From NCBI GenBank assembly GCA_034780895.1, contig JAUZTB010000076.1:56383706-56447705 (forward strand): a stretch of 64,000 bases of DNA, given 5' to 3'. The notes below the pieces were generated by a model that did not search any database, had not been told where the DNA came from, and worked only from the letters and a program-made list of their open reading frames with translations. Position 1 is the stretch's first letter; each line of letters starts with the position of its first letter. Shown one piece after another: positions 25,540-36,545 of this stretch. The stretch comes from Rhynchobatus australiae (taxonomy: Eukaryota). Made by a program: the position numbers and the translations under genes.

Positions 25540-26310
25540 ATTGTTGCTAGCTGAGAAGCATTGTGTCCAAGAGAAAGACATGGCAAAAGAGAACCAGCCC
25601 TCAAAATCAGACAGTTCAAGTGTTTGGCCCATCAACCAAGTCACCACTCTTATTGAAACACCTCCCTTTGGGCATGAGATCATATTGATCTCATATGTCT
25701 AAATCAACTAAGTTCCTGGCGGTGCAAGTGGAATGAAAGAACATCTGCCCCTTGGGTGATGCAAGTGCACTATTTATCATAAGCTGATTGGAAACTGGGC
25801 TCCGATGCATTGACATTCACACATTTATAACTGGACACATATACGTATATAGGTGCCTGTCAGCATGTACACACTTGCACACAAATACAGGTGGACTCAG
25901 GTGCAGATGTTCTTGCACACTGTCTCCTCTCTGACCCTCAGTTTTCCCCACTCCATCCATGAGACTCCTTTCTTTCAATATTCCCCAGTTCAGCCCTCTC
26001 TTGATCCTCCTATTTTTATTGTTGCCTTCCTCTCGTATAAGCTGTTGCTTGGCCCCTTTTCTCTCTCTTCCCTCTGTTTCACCCTGCCCTTGCATTTTCT
26101 CAACCAGTGCCTCACCTCCCCCATCAACTCTTCCCCACATTCTCCCTTGCTCTGTAGTCCCGAGAAACACTTTGAAAGAAACCTTTGGTCAGTTTGCCAC
26201 TGGACCAAGATGAAGCTCTGTGAAAGATGACAACCCCACAGCAAAAGAGGTCACGCACAGACAGCTTCCACTCTTCATTATGAAGTTCAACGCCTGGAAC
26301 CTTGTGGGCA
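25540..26310 (+). mobile_element. Probable old RTE 5' region ending at the endonuclease start
   Basis: tcttcattatgaagttcaacgcctggaac encodes MKFNAWN, resembling the RTE EN start M(K/R)FGTWNV. Upstream sequence is only weakly recognisable. Confidence 0.35.
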
Positions 26311-27079
26311 GCCTCAACAGCAATGTTATTGTGGGCAATGAGAAAGGTTAAGGTGCAGGAAGTAGTCAGGTTGAAATGTGTAAAATTGGCAGTTAAAACA
26401 ATGTTTTTATGGACTACCATGACTATACAATTACTTTGAAGTTCTATTGAATTTGTTTATTTTTCCCAGTTCTTGAAAGATGTGATAGTTGGGAACTTTG
26501 TGATGAGTGGATTTCTGCACAGATGTGGTATAATGTGAAGGGTGGCTAATTTGGCACTTAGATGAATCAAAAGAATAAAGTTNNNNNNNNNNNNNNNNNN
26601 NNNNNNNNNNNNNNNNNNNNNNNNNNNNNNNNNNNNNNNNNNNNNNNNNNNNNNNNNNNNNNNNNNNNNNNNNNNNNNNNNNNNNNNNNNNNNNNNNNNN
26701 NTATTTCAAATTGACTGGTGAGGCTACAAGGATAAAGATTAGGAGCGAGAGATATGGCTAACAGAGAAGTAATTTTATTTTGTTTTGGATCATTTTTGAG
26801 GAATTGAGCATTTTTAATCTTTTTAAGGACTTGATCATTGCTGGTAGTGGTGAGGTACTGCACTGGTACTTTTGGAAAGATCGTGGTGGGCTGCCACATT
26901 GAATTGGGAATGATGGCATTGCAAGTAAATTCCTGGACATAATCCAGGACTTGAAGTAACAAGACAGGGCCATAAGTTCTAAATCCTACACTAGTGTCAA
27001 CTTAAAAAAAAACAAAATCTTGACAGTTGTGCCAAACCTTTATGAGCCACAACCAGAAAAGAACGTGAAGACCCTGCAG

Positions 27080-27382
27080 AGAGAAACAAAAGACTGCAGA
27101 TGCTGGAATCCAGATGAAAATAACAACAAGATGCTGGAGGAACTCAGCAGGTCAGGCAGCATCTGTGGAGAAAAGCAGATGGTCGTTTCGGGTCAGGACC
27201 CTTCTTCAAGACTGAAGATAGGTCCTATTTTTCCCCTTTTCCTATCACCACCTTATGCCCACCCCGCCTCCCCTCTTTTGTCCACCTATCACTGTTCTGT
27301 TTTCCCCCCTATATATTGAGCTTCCCCTTCTCCATGGATGCTGCCTGACCTGTTGAGTTCCTCCAGCATCTTGTTTTTTTCA
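27080..27382. mobile_element. PLE-derived inverted-repeat element with a hammerhead-like core
   Basis: Arms gatgctggaggaactcagcaggtcaggcagcatc and gatgctgcctgacctgttgagttcctccagcatc. Minus-strand core cagtc-TTGAAGA-agggtcctgaccc-GAAA-cg. Interior homologous to 61100-61190. Confidence 0.9.
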
Positions 27383-27409
27383 TGAATACTCTGCAAAAGA
27401 TGCCGAAAG

Positions 27410-28650
27410 TATATAAGGGGAATGGTTCCAGGGGTGAGGAATTGTTATGAAGAAAGCTGGAGAATCTGGCTTGTGCTCCTTTCAGCAGAGAAGATGGAGA
27501 GGGATATGACGTAGTTTACAACATTTGGTTAGTTTAAAATTGGAGAGATGGAAACTGTTCCTTTTAGCAGAGGAACCAAGGACCAGAGAACAACAAGTGA
27601 CTGGCAAACGATTCAGGGGTTGGTGTGAAAGAAAAGGTTTTACTCATTGAATGGCTGCGATGATTTGTATTGCAGTGCTGAAATTGTGGCAGATTTGTCT
27701 GTGACTNNNNNNNNNNNNNNNNNNNNNNNNNNNNNNNNNNNNNNNNNNNNNNNNNNNNNNNNNNNNNNNNNNNNNNNNNNNNNNNNNNNNNNNNNNNNNN
27801 NNNNNNNNNNNNNNNNNNNNNNNNNNNNNNNNNNNNNNNNNNNNNNNNNNNNNNNNNNNNNNNNNNNNNNNNNNNNNNNNNNNNNNNNNNNNNNNNNNNN
27901 NNNNNNNNNNNNNNNNNNNNNNNNNNNNNNNNNNNNNNNNNNNNNNNNNNNNNNNNNNNNNNNNNNNNNNNNNNNNNNNNNNNNNNNNNNNNNNNNNNNN
28001 NNNNNNNNNNNNNNNNNNNNNNNNNNNNNNNNNNNNNNNNNNNNNNNNNNNNNNNNNNNNNNNNNNNNNNNNNNNNNNNNNNNNNNNNNNNNNNNNNNNN
28101 NNNNNNNNNNNNNNNNNNNNNNNNNNNNNNNNNNNNNNAGTTGCCTTTGTAAAGTCTTTGTGAACTTTTGGGAATGTGATGTCTAAATTTGGAGGGTTGT
28201 ACCACTGACCAGAATGTCAATAGCTAGACATAGTCATATGACCATAATCATACATTATAGCCAATATTCCAGAAACAGTTGTCACAATTCCTGTTTGCAT
28301 CCTGACCCAATAGCAGGACTGGCCACCAGAGGAAGAAATGGTAGTATACAGGCATGAGGTTGTGGTGTTTAGAACAATTTGTTATTGACTGCAGACCCCA
28401 CGAATTCTCATGGTGTTATGTCAGACTTGGGCAAGGAACCACCTGTTGATTATCTCCTCCCGTGCAATTTTTCCCACCCCACAGCTGATGAAATAGTACT
28501 CTTCCATGTTATGCAATACTTGGAAGAAGCACAGATGGAAGCATGGACATAGAATGCACTCTAAGTGAGGGGTCAATATCGATATGTAATCAGTGGTCAG
28601 CATGAACATGCTGGGCCAAAGGGCCTGTTTCTCTGCTGTGTGACTCCAAG
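27410..28650 (+). mobile_element. CR1 3' fragments on either side of a gap
   Basis: ttcagcagagaagatggagagggatatg..., and tail gtggtcagcatgaacatgctgggccaaagggcctgtttctctgctgtgtgactc at about 28590-28648. May not be one copy. Confidence 0.5.
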
Positions 28651-29514
28651 ACTGAGTTCAATGATCATCATGAAGAGTTGCTCAGTTAGCACCACTGCTG
28701 ACTGAACTGGGTGAGATCTGAAAAGCATAGTTGCAATACACTAGGTCTGTGGCAGGGGCCAATACAACCTACTTGACCTTATCAATATAAATTAAGAGAA
28801 CAGCAACATTACACAACACGTATGTTACCAACAAGCGGCATGCAGCAGAGAGCTAAGATTGGATTATAGTTCTGTAGTCTTGTCACATCCTGGTTTAAAT
28901 AAAATTGGTAAATTGGTTTATTATTATTGCATGTACAATGAAAACCTTTTCTTGCGTACCATTCATACAGATCAATTCATTACTCTGTTTTGTCAGAGAT
29001 ATGGGCAAACGATGTCTTGGCAGCATCTTCAATTCAATTCAAGTGTTAGATCTCCTGGATTATGTCATTGCCAGAGTGAGAGATTGTAAGGGATCTGCGT
29101 CATTCCCACCATGAAAGATGCTGACATTTTTGGGACCAACCATTGAATCGGTCTTGTTTTTCCATCAGCCTGTTCCCAATATGGAGATAGTAACAGAATG
29201 CTGGTGCAAGAAAATCACTGTTAAAGGACACTGCAGAGAAAGCTCTAATCAGTCAGTGTATCAGCGACAACGTGACAAGTCCCAATCATCAGGAGCTGCA
29301 GTGTGTCCATTGCTTTGTTTGCCCTGATGTCCACTGTAATTAGAATTTGTGAAGAGAATCTTAGTTTCGTTATCAGAAAACTCTGGGATTGGGATTAAGA
29401 CTGAATTGTTTTGTTAAATGTCAAGTTTGGAGGGCTTTTGTCTTTTAGCGGGATAATTGCACAATTTCATTTCATTCATCCTATTTGCCACATGTCATTG
29501 AATCTTACTTGCAT

Positions 29515-30410
29515 AGGGTCATAGATTGTACAGCATAGAAATGGGCCCTTCAGCCTACCATATCCATGCCAACCTTTTTATCCATCTACACTAATTCCAT
29601 TTGCCTTCATTAGGTTTGTATTCTTCTATGCCTTGCCTATTCAAGTGCCTGTCTAAATGCTTCTTAAACAAAATGATTATGTCCGATTCCACCACCTCCT
29701 TTTGGAGCGCATTCCAGATATCAATCATTCTCTGTGTAAAAAGAACAAAACATTCCCTTCAAATGTCCTTTAAAACTTCATCCTCTCACCTTAAACCTGT
29801 GCCCTCTCGTTTTTGATATCTCTACTGTGGGGGAAAAAGATTCTGACTGTCCATTCTGTATAGCCCTCTTATAATTTTATATGTCTCTATCAGGTCATCC
29901 TTCGGCCTCCTTTGCTTTAGGGAAAAGAAACAAAGCCTATCCAATCATTCCATACTAAAGTCCTCCAATCCTGGCAGCATCCAGGTGAATTTCCTTTGCA
30001 TTCTCTACATTGCAGCCACATCCTTCCAATATTGTGCTGACCAGAACTGCACGTGATACTCGAAGTGCAGTCTAACCAGTGTTTTGTAAAGATGTGACAT
30101 AACCTCTTAACTTTTATATTCTTTGCCCTGACCTACGAAGGCAAGCATGCCATGTGGATTATTTACCACCCTATCTACCTGTGTTGTCACTTTCAAGGAA
30201 CAATGTACATGAACCGCCAAGGTCTGTCTGTTCATCAACAGTCCTTAGTGATGTACCGTGTACTGCATATGTCCTACCCCTATTTGACTTCCCAAAATGC
30301 AACTCCTTGCATTTTTCAGGATTAAATTCCATCTGCCAATGCTATGCCCAACTTTCCATCTGAATTGTATCCTGCTGTAGCCTCAGATAACCATCTGCAA
30401 GCTTACAGAA
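29515..30410 (-). mobile_element. CR1 LINE 3' fragment (RT C-terminus and 3'UTR)
   Basis: Tail gtcatagattgtacagcatagaaatgggcccttcagcc. gaccagaactgcacgtgatactcgaagtgcagtctaacc reverse-translates to a VR.HLEYC.QFW-like motif. Confidence 0.8.
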
Positions 30411-30576
30411 TTACATAATTATTTTTTCAGTTTCAATTAGATCAGAAATTACATTTGAGCATTTGCTCGATTATTTNNNNNNNNNNNNNNNNNNNNNNNN
30501 NNNNNNNNNNNNNNNNNNNNNNNNNNNNNNNNNNNNNNNNNNNNNNNNNNNNNNNNNNNNNNNNNNNNNNNNNNNN

Positions 30577-30856
30577 ATCTTTCCTGTAGTGAGGCGACCA
30601 GAACTGAGCACAATACTCCAGGTGGGGTCTGACCAGGGACCTATACAGCTGCAACAATACCTCTTGGCTCCTAAATTCAATTCCCTGACTGATGAAGGAC
30701 AATACACCACATGCCTTCTTAACCACAGAGTCAACCTGCGCAGCCGCTTTGAGCGTCCTATGGACTCAGACCCTAAGATCCCTCTGATCCTCCACACTGC
30801 CAAGAGTCCTATCATTAATACTATATTCTGCCATCATATTTGACCTACCAAAATGA
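30577..30856 (-). mobile_element. Younger CR1 RT C-terminal fragment
   Basis: Open peptide VKKACGVLSFISQGIEFRSQEVLLQLYRSLVRPHLEYCAQFWSPHYRKD, the classic CR1 ORF2 C-terminal motif. Confidence 0.92.
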
Positions 30857-32454
30857 TCTTTCTTGTTTTGAAAGATCAGTACATTTAATGATCAACCTAG
30901 CACCTATTTTCCAATTTCAATATTTTCTATAATGTAAGATGCAAGTCCTGATGACACCTTTAAGATCATTGGAAAAAGTTGAAGTGACACAATCACAAAA
31001 CTGCTCTAGGTTAAACTAAAGTTTCTTTATTAATTTAGCAGGGTCACAATGTTGGGCTCATTAACTGCTCCAAATCTAGTTATCCAGTGATATCAACTAG
31101 ATGCACCATTGGAATAGCAATACTTACTAAATCAATAGGTAGAAAAGTTATATTATTATTTGTTGTAGTTTTTTTTCTTAATAACTATTCACTTGTAAAA
31201 CTGGCTTCAAATGGCACTATTATGGATGAAATGCATTTTTAAAAATTGTTTTATCTCCCAGAAAATGTTTAATTGGAGTCCAGTCACATGGCCAATAATT
31301 TCATTGCTGAGTGCTGTTGATGAGTTGAGATTGAATATGCTGTATTCCAAAATGCATTCCTTTTTGATAGGCACAATTTAATAGAAAGCTAAACTGGCAG
31401 CTTGTTGGACAAAGGACTTTGATCATTCTTGCATTGTTACCTGAAACTTCATTTGTATTGTGCTTTTATAACAACCAGGCTTCACAATCACCAGAGTATG
31501 AGAATTGTCATTTATCTTGAATTCCCTACTGGGGAATGGCCAAAGTATGGGTCACCGTATGGTGACCTTTTTAAATGGAAGTTACTTCTTTCTCATGATG
31601 TACATCTTGTAAACTGCAGTTAGAAATTGCCATAAATCATTCTACATTTTTTTACAATTTTATATAACCTTAGAACACAATAATGCAAACTGACGAATAA
31701 GTTGCAACATTTAGAATTTGAATATAACTTTGTTAATTTAGATGTAGGACAGCCCCAAACACAACAATGCAATTATGGTGACTACACAGATTACTTAGCT
31801 TCATTCTCCAAAAGGCAAGAGACAGATTTGATTGTCTCCAAGACGCAGACGTTATACCTTGCCCCCTATTGTATTTTGAATGGTGACTCTTAATTGAAGT
31901 GCTGTTTACAGAGCAGGGAAAACAATCATTCTTATGGACTTAAAGTACTTTCATGAGAAGCTGCTTTATTTGGTGTGTAGATTTTGCACATTGTAAAATA
32001 AACGTAATGAACTAAGTTATGCATAAAGCAACAACAAATCACAAAAATTGCACGTGATGAAAGCATGCTGATAGGCAAAGGATTTGGTATATTTGTTGAC
32101 CACTGAATAATTTTACTGAAAATATTTAGTGAGTATTTTGAAAATAAAGAAATTTGCAAAAAGGACAACCGATACTAGTCCTGAGAGTAATATACAGATT
32201 ATACTGACCTTAAAATTCTTAGCTCCTTGGAGTTGGGATTGCAAACACACAGACTTCATACAAATGTGTGTTTAAGATCACACAGTCTACCTTTTTCTGT
32301 TCTGTGTGTTCATTAGAAACAATATTTATTTTCTGGACATTTCACATCAAAAAAATCAAAGAATTACTTCAAAAACCACAATTTCTTAGCTATTTTGATT
32401 GTTGTTATACCAAGGTTTAATACAAGATTGTTTCACCAATCCAGTAATTAAGAG

Positions 32455-32655
32455 TCATTGCTGGAAATGCTGAGAAAGGTAGGCAACATCCATAGGGAGA
32501 GAAACATACTCAACATTTCAAATCAATGACCTTGTGAATGGTCAACAACCTTAAATGTTGGCTCAGTTTCTCTCTCCAAGGATTCGCCCTGTCCTGCTAA
32601 GCTTTTTCAATGTTTTCTGTTTTCATTTCAGATTTCTTGCATTGCAGTTTTGCTT
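32455..32655. mobile_element. PLE-derived hairpin element
   Basis: aggcaacatccatagggagagaaac versus gtttctctctccaaggattcgcc; inverted arms meet at the degenerate hammerhead segment. Confidence 0.7.
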
Positions 32656-33384
32656 TACAATTACATCATTCACAGATCAGCCTGAACATAACAACCTGGT
32701 CTTACATTTTCATGCATGCAATTAAATTCAATCCCTGCTATTATTGAAGCCTCTTATGCCTTTATCATGTTGAACAATCCAACTTGTTTGTTCGTCTTTT
32801 CCAATCAACCTGCCAATCAAGCTCATACCTCCCTGCTGCATGGGGATTCATGTAAGCATGCTCTTGCTGTCTTGGATTCGGTTGGTCATTTGAAAGTATG
32901 TGGATGTAGATTAACTCCCATGGTCTCAAATTCAAGTGGGAGATGAGAGGTAGCAATTTGCAAACTGGTTTGTGCAGTTCTAGTATGTTTACATCCATAC
33001 CATGTAAAGTTGTTAGCAAAGGTAATCAAACATTAGGATTTATCTCAAAAACCTTTTGCTTACACTTTGAAATAAATATCAGCCTGTATGCTTTGTTTGG
33101 AAGGACACATTTGAAACATTTTGTGATGAGAATTATTTTGGGGAAAGACAATACTTGATGAGAAAAAAATGTAGGACTCATGCCTTAACATTAAAACTTC
33201 TTGGATTTATTGTGAAATTGTATTGTGTGATTCAAACTCTGATCACAGAGAGAGACTGATTTAAAATGGCTGGGTTTTATAGACAATTGGAGATCATAGA
33301 AATGTTTTCTAGTGTACCTAGCAAAAGTAGCTGATGTGGTGTCATTTAATAGTAATAACAAACATTTCCATTTAAATGGAATCT

Positions 33385-33680
33385 CCAATGTAATGAAATA
33401 TTCTAAGGTGCTTCACAGGAGCATGATCAAATGAAGTTTTACACTGAGCCATGTAAGAAATATTAAACTTAATCAAACTTGTGTATGTTGGGAGCATTTT
33501 AAAGGGGAATAAAGTGTGGAGTGNNNNNNNNNNNNNNNNNNNNNNNNNNNNNNNNNNNNNNNNNNNNNNNNNNNNNNNNNNNNNNNNNNNNNNNNNNNNN
33601 NNNNNNNNNNNNNNNNNNNNNNNTGAGGGGGGAGGTTTAGAGAAGAAATTCCAATATTTAGCTTGGGACAAAAATACACA
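33385..33680 (-). mobile_element. L2-like LINE 3' end remnant (second copy at about 59495-59770)
   Basis: tattctaaggtgcttcacaggag(c/g)atgatcaa is shared between 33399-33430 and 59500-59531. Family assignment from recall. Confidence 0.55.
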
Positions 33681-34639
33681 AGTTACACAAGAACAATTCA
33701 AGTTCAAGGTTATAGAATGTGCCATATGATGCTTCCTGTCATGTTCTGGTAAAGTTGATGAAGGAATGATGTAACTGGACAAGGAAACAATTTTGTTATT
33801 TTGCTCCATTGCTCTCCAGATAATAGTGCAAAACTATTTTGAGTTACTGAGTAAAGGATGGTGAGAAACCATCTTTTGAACTTCCAGATAACATTCAGTC
33901 AGTAGTCTCTAGTGCATGAATCAGCCCACTGCCATTTACACCTAACATAGGAAGTATAGAACTTTTAAGTGCCTTATTGTGCACAGCTATCTCCTCCTCC
34001 ACATTCACTCTGAGACTAAACCATTTTATGTCAAAGTCACTATCACTGTCTGCCTCATTCCTAATGTTGATCCTAACTTTTCTCTTTTTATAGACTCCAG
34101 TCCAAATTTTAATTTCCTCATGACTTATCTCTTTCGAAATCCTTTAAGGTTACTTTTAGCATTTTACAACCTTGGACTCAGCTAAATATTTCAACCAATG
34201 ACCTCATCGATGCTAAGCATTGCATTTCAATCATTTATTGTTTTTGTCTCTTATCCGTTTACAAAAACTGGCTGCCACTCTGGTTCCATGTTCCAACCAC
34301 TAACCCCNNNNNNNNNTGGCACATTCGGTGTCAACAAAATCTTTCTACTTAAATATACTGCATGAATGCCATAAGAAGGCAAACCATTAACTTCAATTGT
34401 TAGTTGTTTTCTAATCTACAAGTTGTTGTGGAGATTACTGTTCTTATTAAGATGAGTATGAGATAAGAGTTTAGTAGGAGGTGAGAGTTTAAAATAATTT
34501 GGCTGGGAAGTCAAGCCACAAGTCCTCATTTTGCTATTTTTCTTAATTTCTTTTATTCCCACCTATTATTTCAATAGATTTTCAGTAGTCACTTGCTGTA
34601 ATTATAAATGGATGAGGATGAAATCTGATTCCTTTTTCT

Positions 34640-35220
34640 AAAATTCAACATCAACAGATCAGGCAGCAACTGTGGAGAAAGAAACAGAGTTAATGTCAAA
34701 GGTTGATGATCTTTCATCAGAAGTAGTCAGTTCCAAAAGTTCTCTGGAAAGGCTGCTTATTTCAAAAGGTCAAATTCAATGTTGAGCCCTAAATATCAAA
34801 TGTTGTTCCTCAAACTTAAGTTAGATATTGTTGGAACAGTGTAAGGCAAAAGGAAGAGAGAGGTTAGAGTGGGATGGAAAATTGCAAGTTAAAAGCACTG
34901 GAAACTCAGGATCACCTTTGTGAACTGAATGGTGGTGTTCTTCAAAGTGATTGTCCAACCTATATTTGGTTTATCATGTGTAGGGCAAATCGGATTGTAA
35001 GCACCAAATGCAGTCACCAAAATGGTGAAAATGAGTCACTACTTCACCTGTAAGAAACGCTTGGGTCCCCAGATGCCAGGAAAGGAAAAGTTGAAAGGCA
35101 GGTCTTGCATCTCCTGCTGTTGCAATGGGAAAGTTGCCTTAAGAAGGAGCATGTGTATTGATGGAGATAAGTGACCAGGAAGTCTAGAGGGAATTGTCCC
35201 TTCCGAATGCTGAAATGTTT
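34640..35220 (-). mobile_element. PLE remnant with decayed GIY-YIG C-terminal region
   Basis: Arm cagatcaggcagcaactgtggagaaagaaacagagttaatg, followed by sequence homologous to 61360-61590 (aattcaatgttgag..., tgttgttcctcaaactta...). Confidence 0.7.
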
Positions 35221-35255
35221 TTGACTCCTAAGGGAAATGGGTTCTTCCTAGTTAT

Positions 35256-35305
35256 AAATTTATCCATCTCAGGATTTTATCCATCTCAAAATTTTATCCA
35301 TCTCA
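35256..35305. repeat. Tandem repeat, about 17 bp x3 (attttatccatctca core)
   Basis: aaatttatccatctca ggattttatccatctca aaattttatccatctca, read directly. Confidence 0.9.
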
Positions 35306-35359
35306 ATGAAGTCTTCTCTTAGCCTCCTCTTTTCCAAAGAAAAGAACCCTAGCTTATCC

Positions 35360-35520
35360 AAAATAAAAACAGAGAATGCTGATAACACTCAGCAGGTCAG
35401 GCAGCATCTGTGGAAAGAGAAATAAAACTAATGTTTCAGGTTGATGATTCTTCATCAAGGTCTTTGGTCTGAAATGTGAACTTTTATTTCAGCATCTGCA
35501 GACTTTTGGATTTTCATTCC
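35360..35520. mobile_element. PLE-derived element with an inverted junction
   Basis: aatgctgataacactcagcaggtcaggcagcatctgtggaaagagaaa...ttcatca, then the inverted piece tctgaaatgtgaacttttatttcagcatctgcag. Confidence 0.75.
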
Positions 35521-35756
35521 AATTTTATTCAATTTTTCTTCACAGCTAAAATAGCAACATCTTCATAAATCTCCAGTGCATTCTCATCTTTTCTGTAATG
35601 TGGTGATTAGAACTCTATGCTGTGTCAATCTGTGGTGTAACAAGTGTGTAAAGTGTTCTAACATAATCTCTTTGTTCTTGTATCCTGTGCCTCAGCTAGC
35701 AAAGGGATTCATCTTATACTTTTTAACCACTATATTTGACCTGTCCTGACACCTTT

Positions 35757-36545
35757 CATTGTGGTCCATTAGAAGCAAGGATGACATCTTCAGGCTTGCT
35801 GGGTCTTCAAATAACTGAGGGCCTGTTCTTTGACAGCTGGGCATGTTGTTGCTCGGGGATGTGGAATTTGCAGTCGTGGGTGGGTTGCCTTCTCCTTCAT
35901 CTGCTGGTTCTGCGTCAGCTTTATTGAGCTGGATGCAGGTTCTCAGCTAGGAAAGACGTGACAGCACATATTTGAGGTATCTTTCCCAGCCTGCTCCGCA
36001 TTCAGGATAAGCGGTAGCTATCCTGAAGAGTGCTGTGCAGTGGTGGTTGTAGCTGCCAAAGACATCCATCCCAATAGGAGTGCCCCTCAGCTATTGCACA
36101 ACTGTTGATTTTTGGCTGGGAGCCTTGAGGAATTGGGCACCGCCCCTGTTGCCAAACCGCCATCAATATTGATTTTTTGGAATTGGTGGAAGCATCCATG
36201 TGTCATGTTTATTGCGGGGATTCAGGTTCTCATCTGGGGCCATACAATTTTGGCAATTGACAATCCTGCCACATGGCTGGAGTATTTTTCCTGATGCAGC
36301 ATTTTTCTGCCTTCACAGCTGTTGGGGCCATTGCTTTTCTTTGCTCTCTCACTGTCAGTTGCTCTCTCACTGTCAGTTGCTCCCTCACTGTCAGTTTTTT
36401 TGGATCATTCTTTGTTTGGACTCTCTCCCTGGATCTTACAGCCATGCGTTCCTTTCCAGGAACGTAAGCTCCAGATCGTCTCACTTTTGGGGTCATTGGA
36501 ATCTGTAGGCTTCCACATCACAGCAAAGCAATGATCCTTGAAGAA
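35757..36545 (-). mobile_element. Non-autonomous RTE (Expander/Rex3-like) derivative, about 790 bp, keeping both ends
   Basis: accttt direct repeats at 35751-35756 and 36549-36554. The minus-strand 5' end ggatcattgctttgctgtgatgtggaagcc...tctggagcttacgttcctgg resembles recalled RTE 5'UTRs; the 3' end gaagatgtcatccttg resembles RTE tails. No RT ORF. Confidence 0.65.
36341..36394. repeat. 18-bp tandem repeat x3 (ttgctctctcactgtcag)
   Basis: Read directly; one substitution in unit 3. Confidence 0.95.

Noticed and set aside
25817-26244. Cluster of overlapping ORFs on both strands
   Set aside because: A low-complexity pyrimidine/purine-biased tract suppresses stop codons; no domain signal.
36341-36394. 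Direct repeats as a CRISPR-like array, or the QLTVRE repeat peptide (ORF 36230-36496) as a real protein
   Set aside because: Head-to-tail minisatellite without spacers, inside an RTE-derived element in a vertebrate intron.
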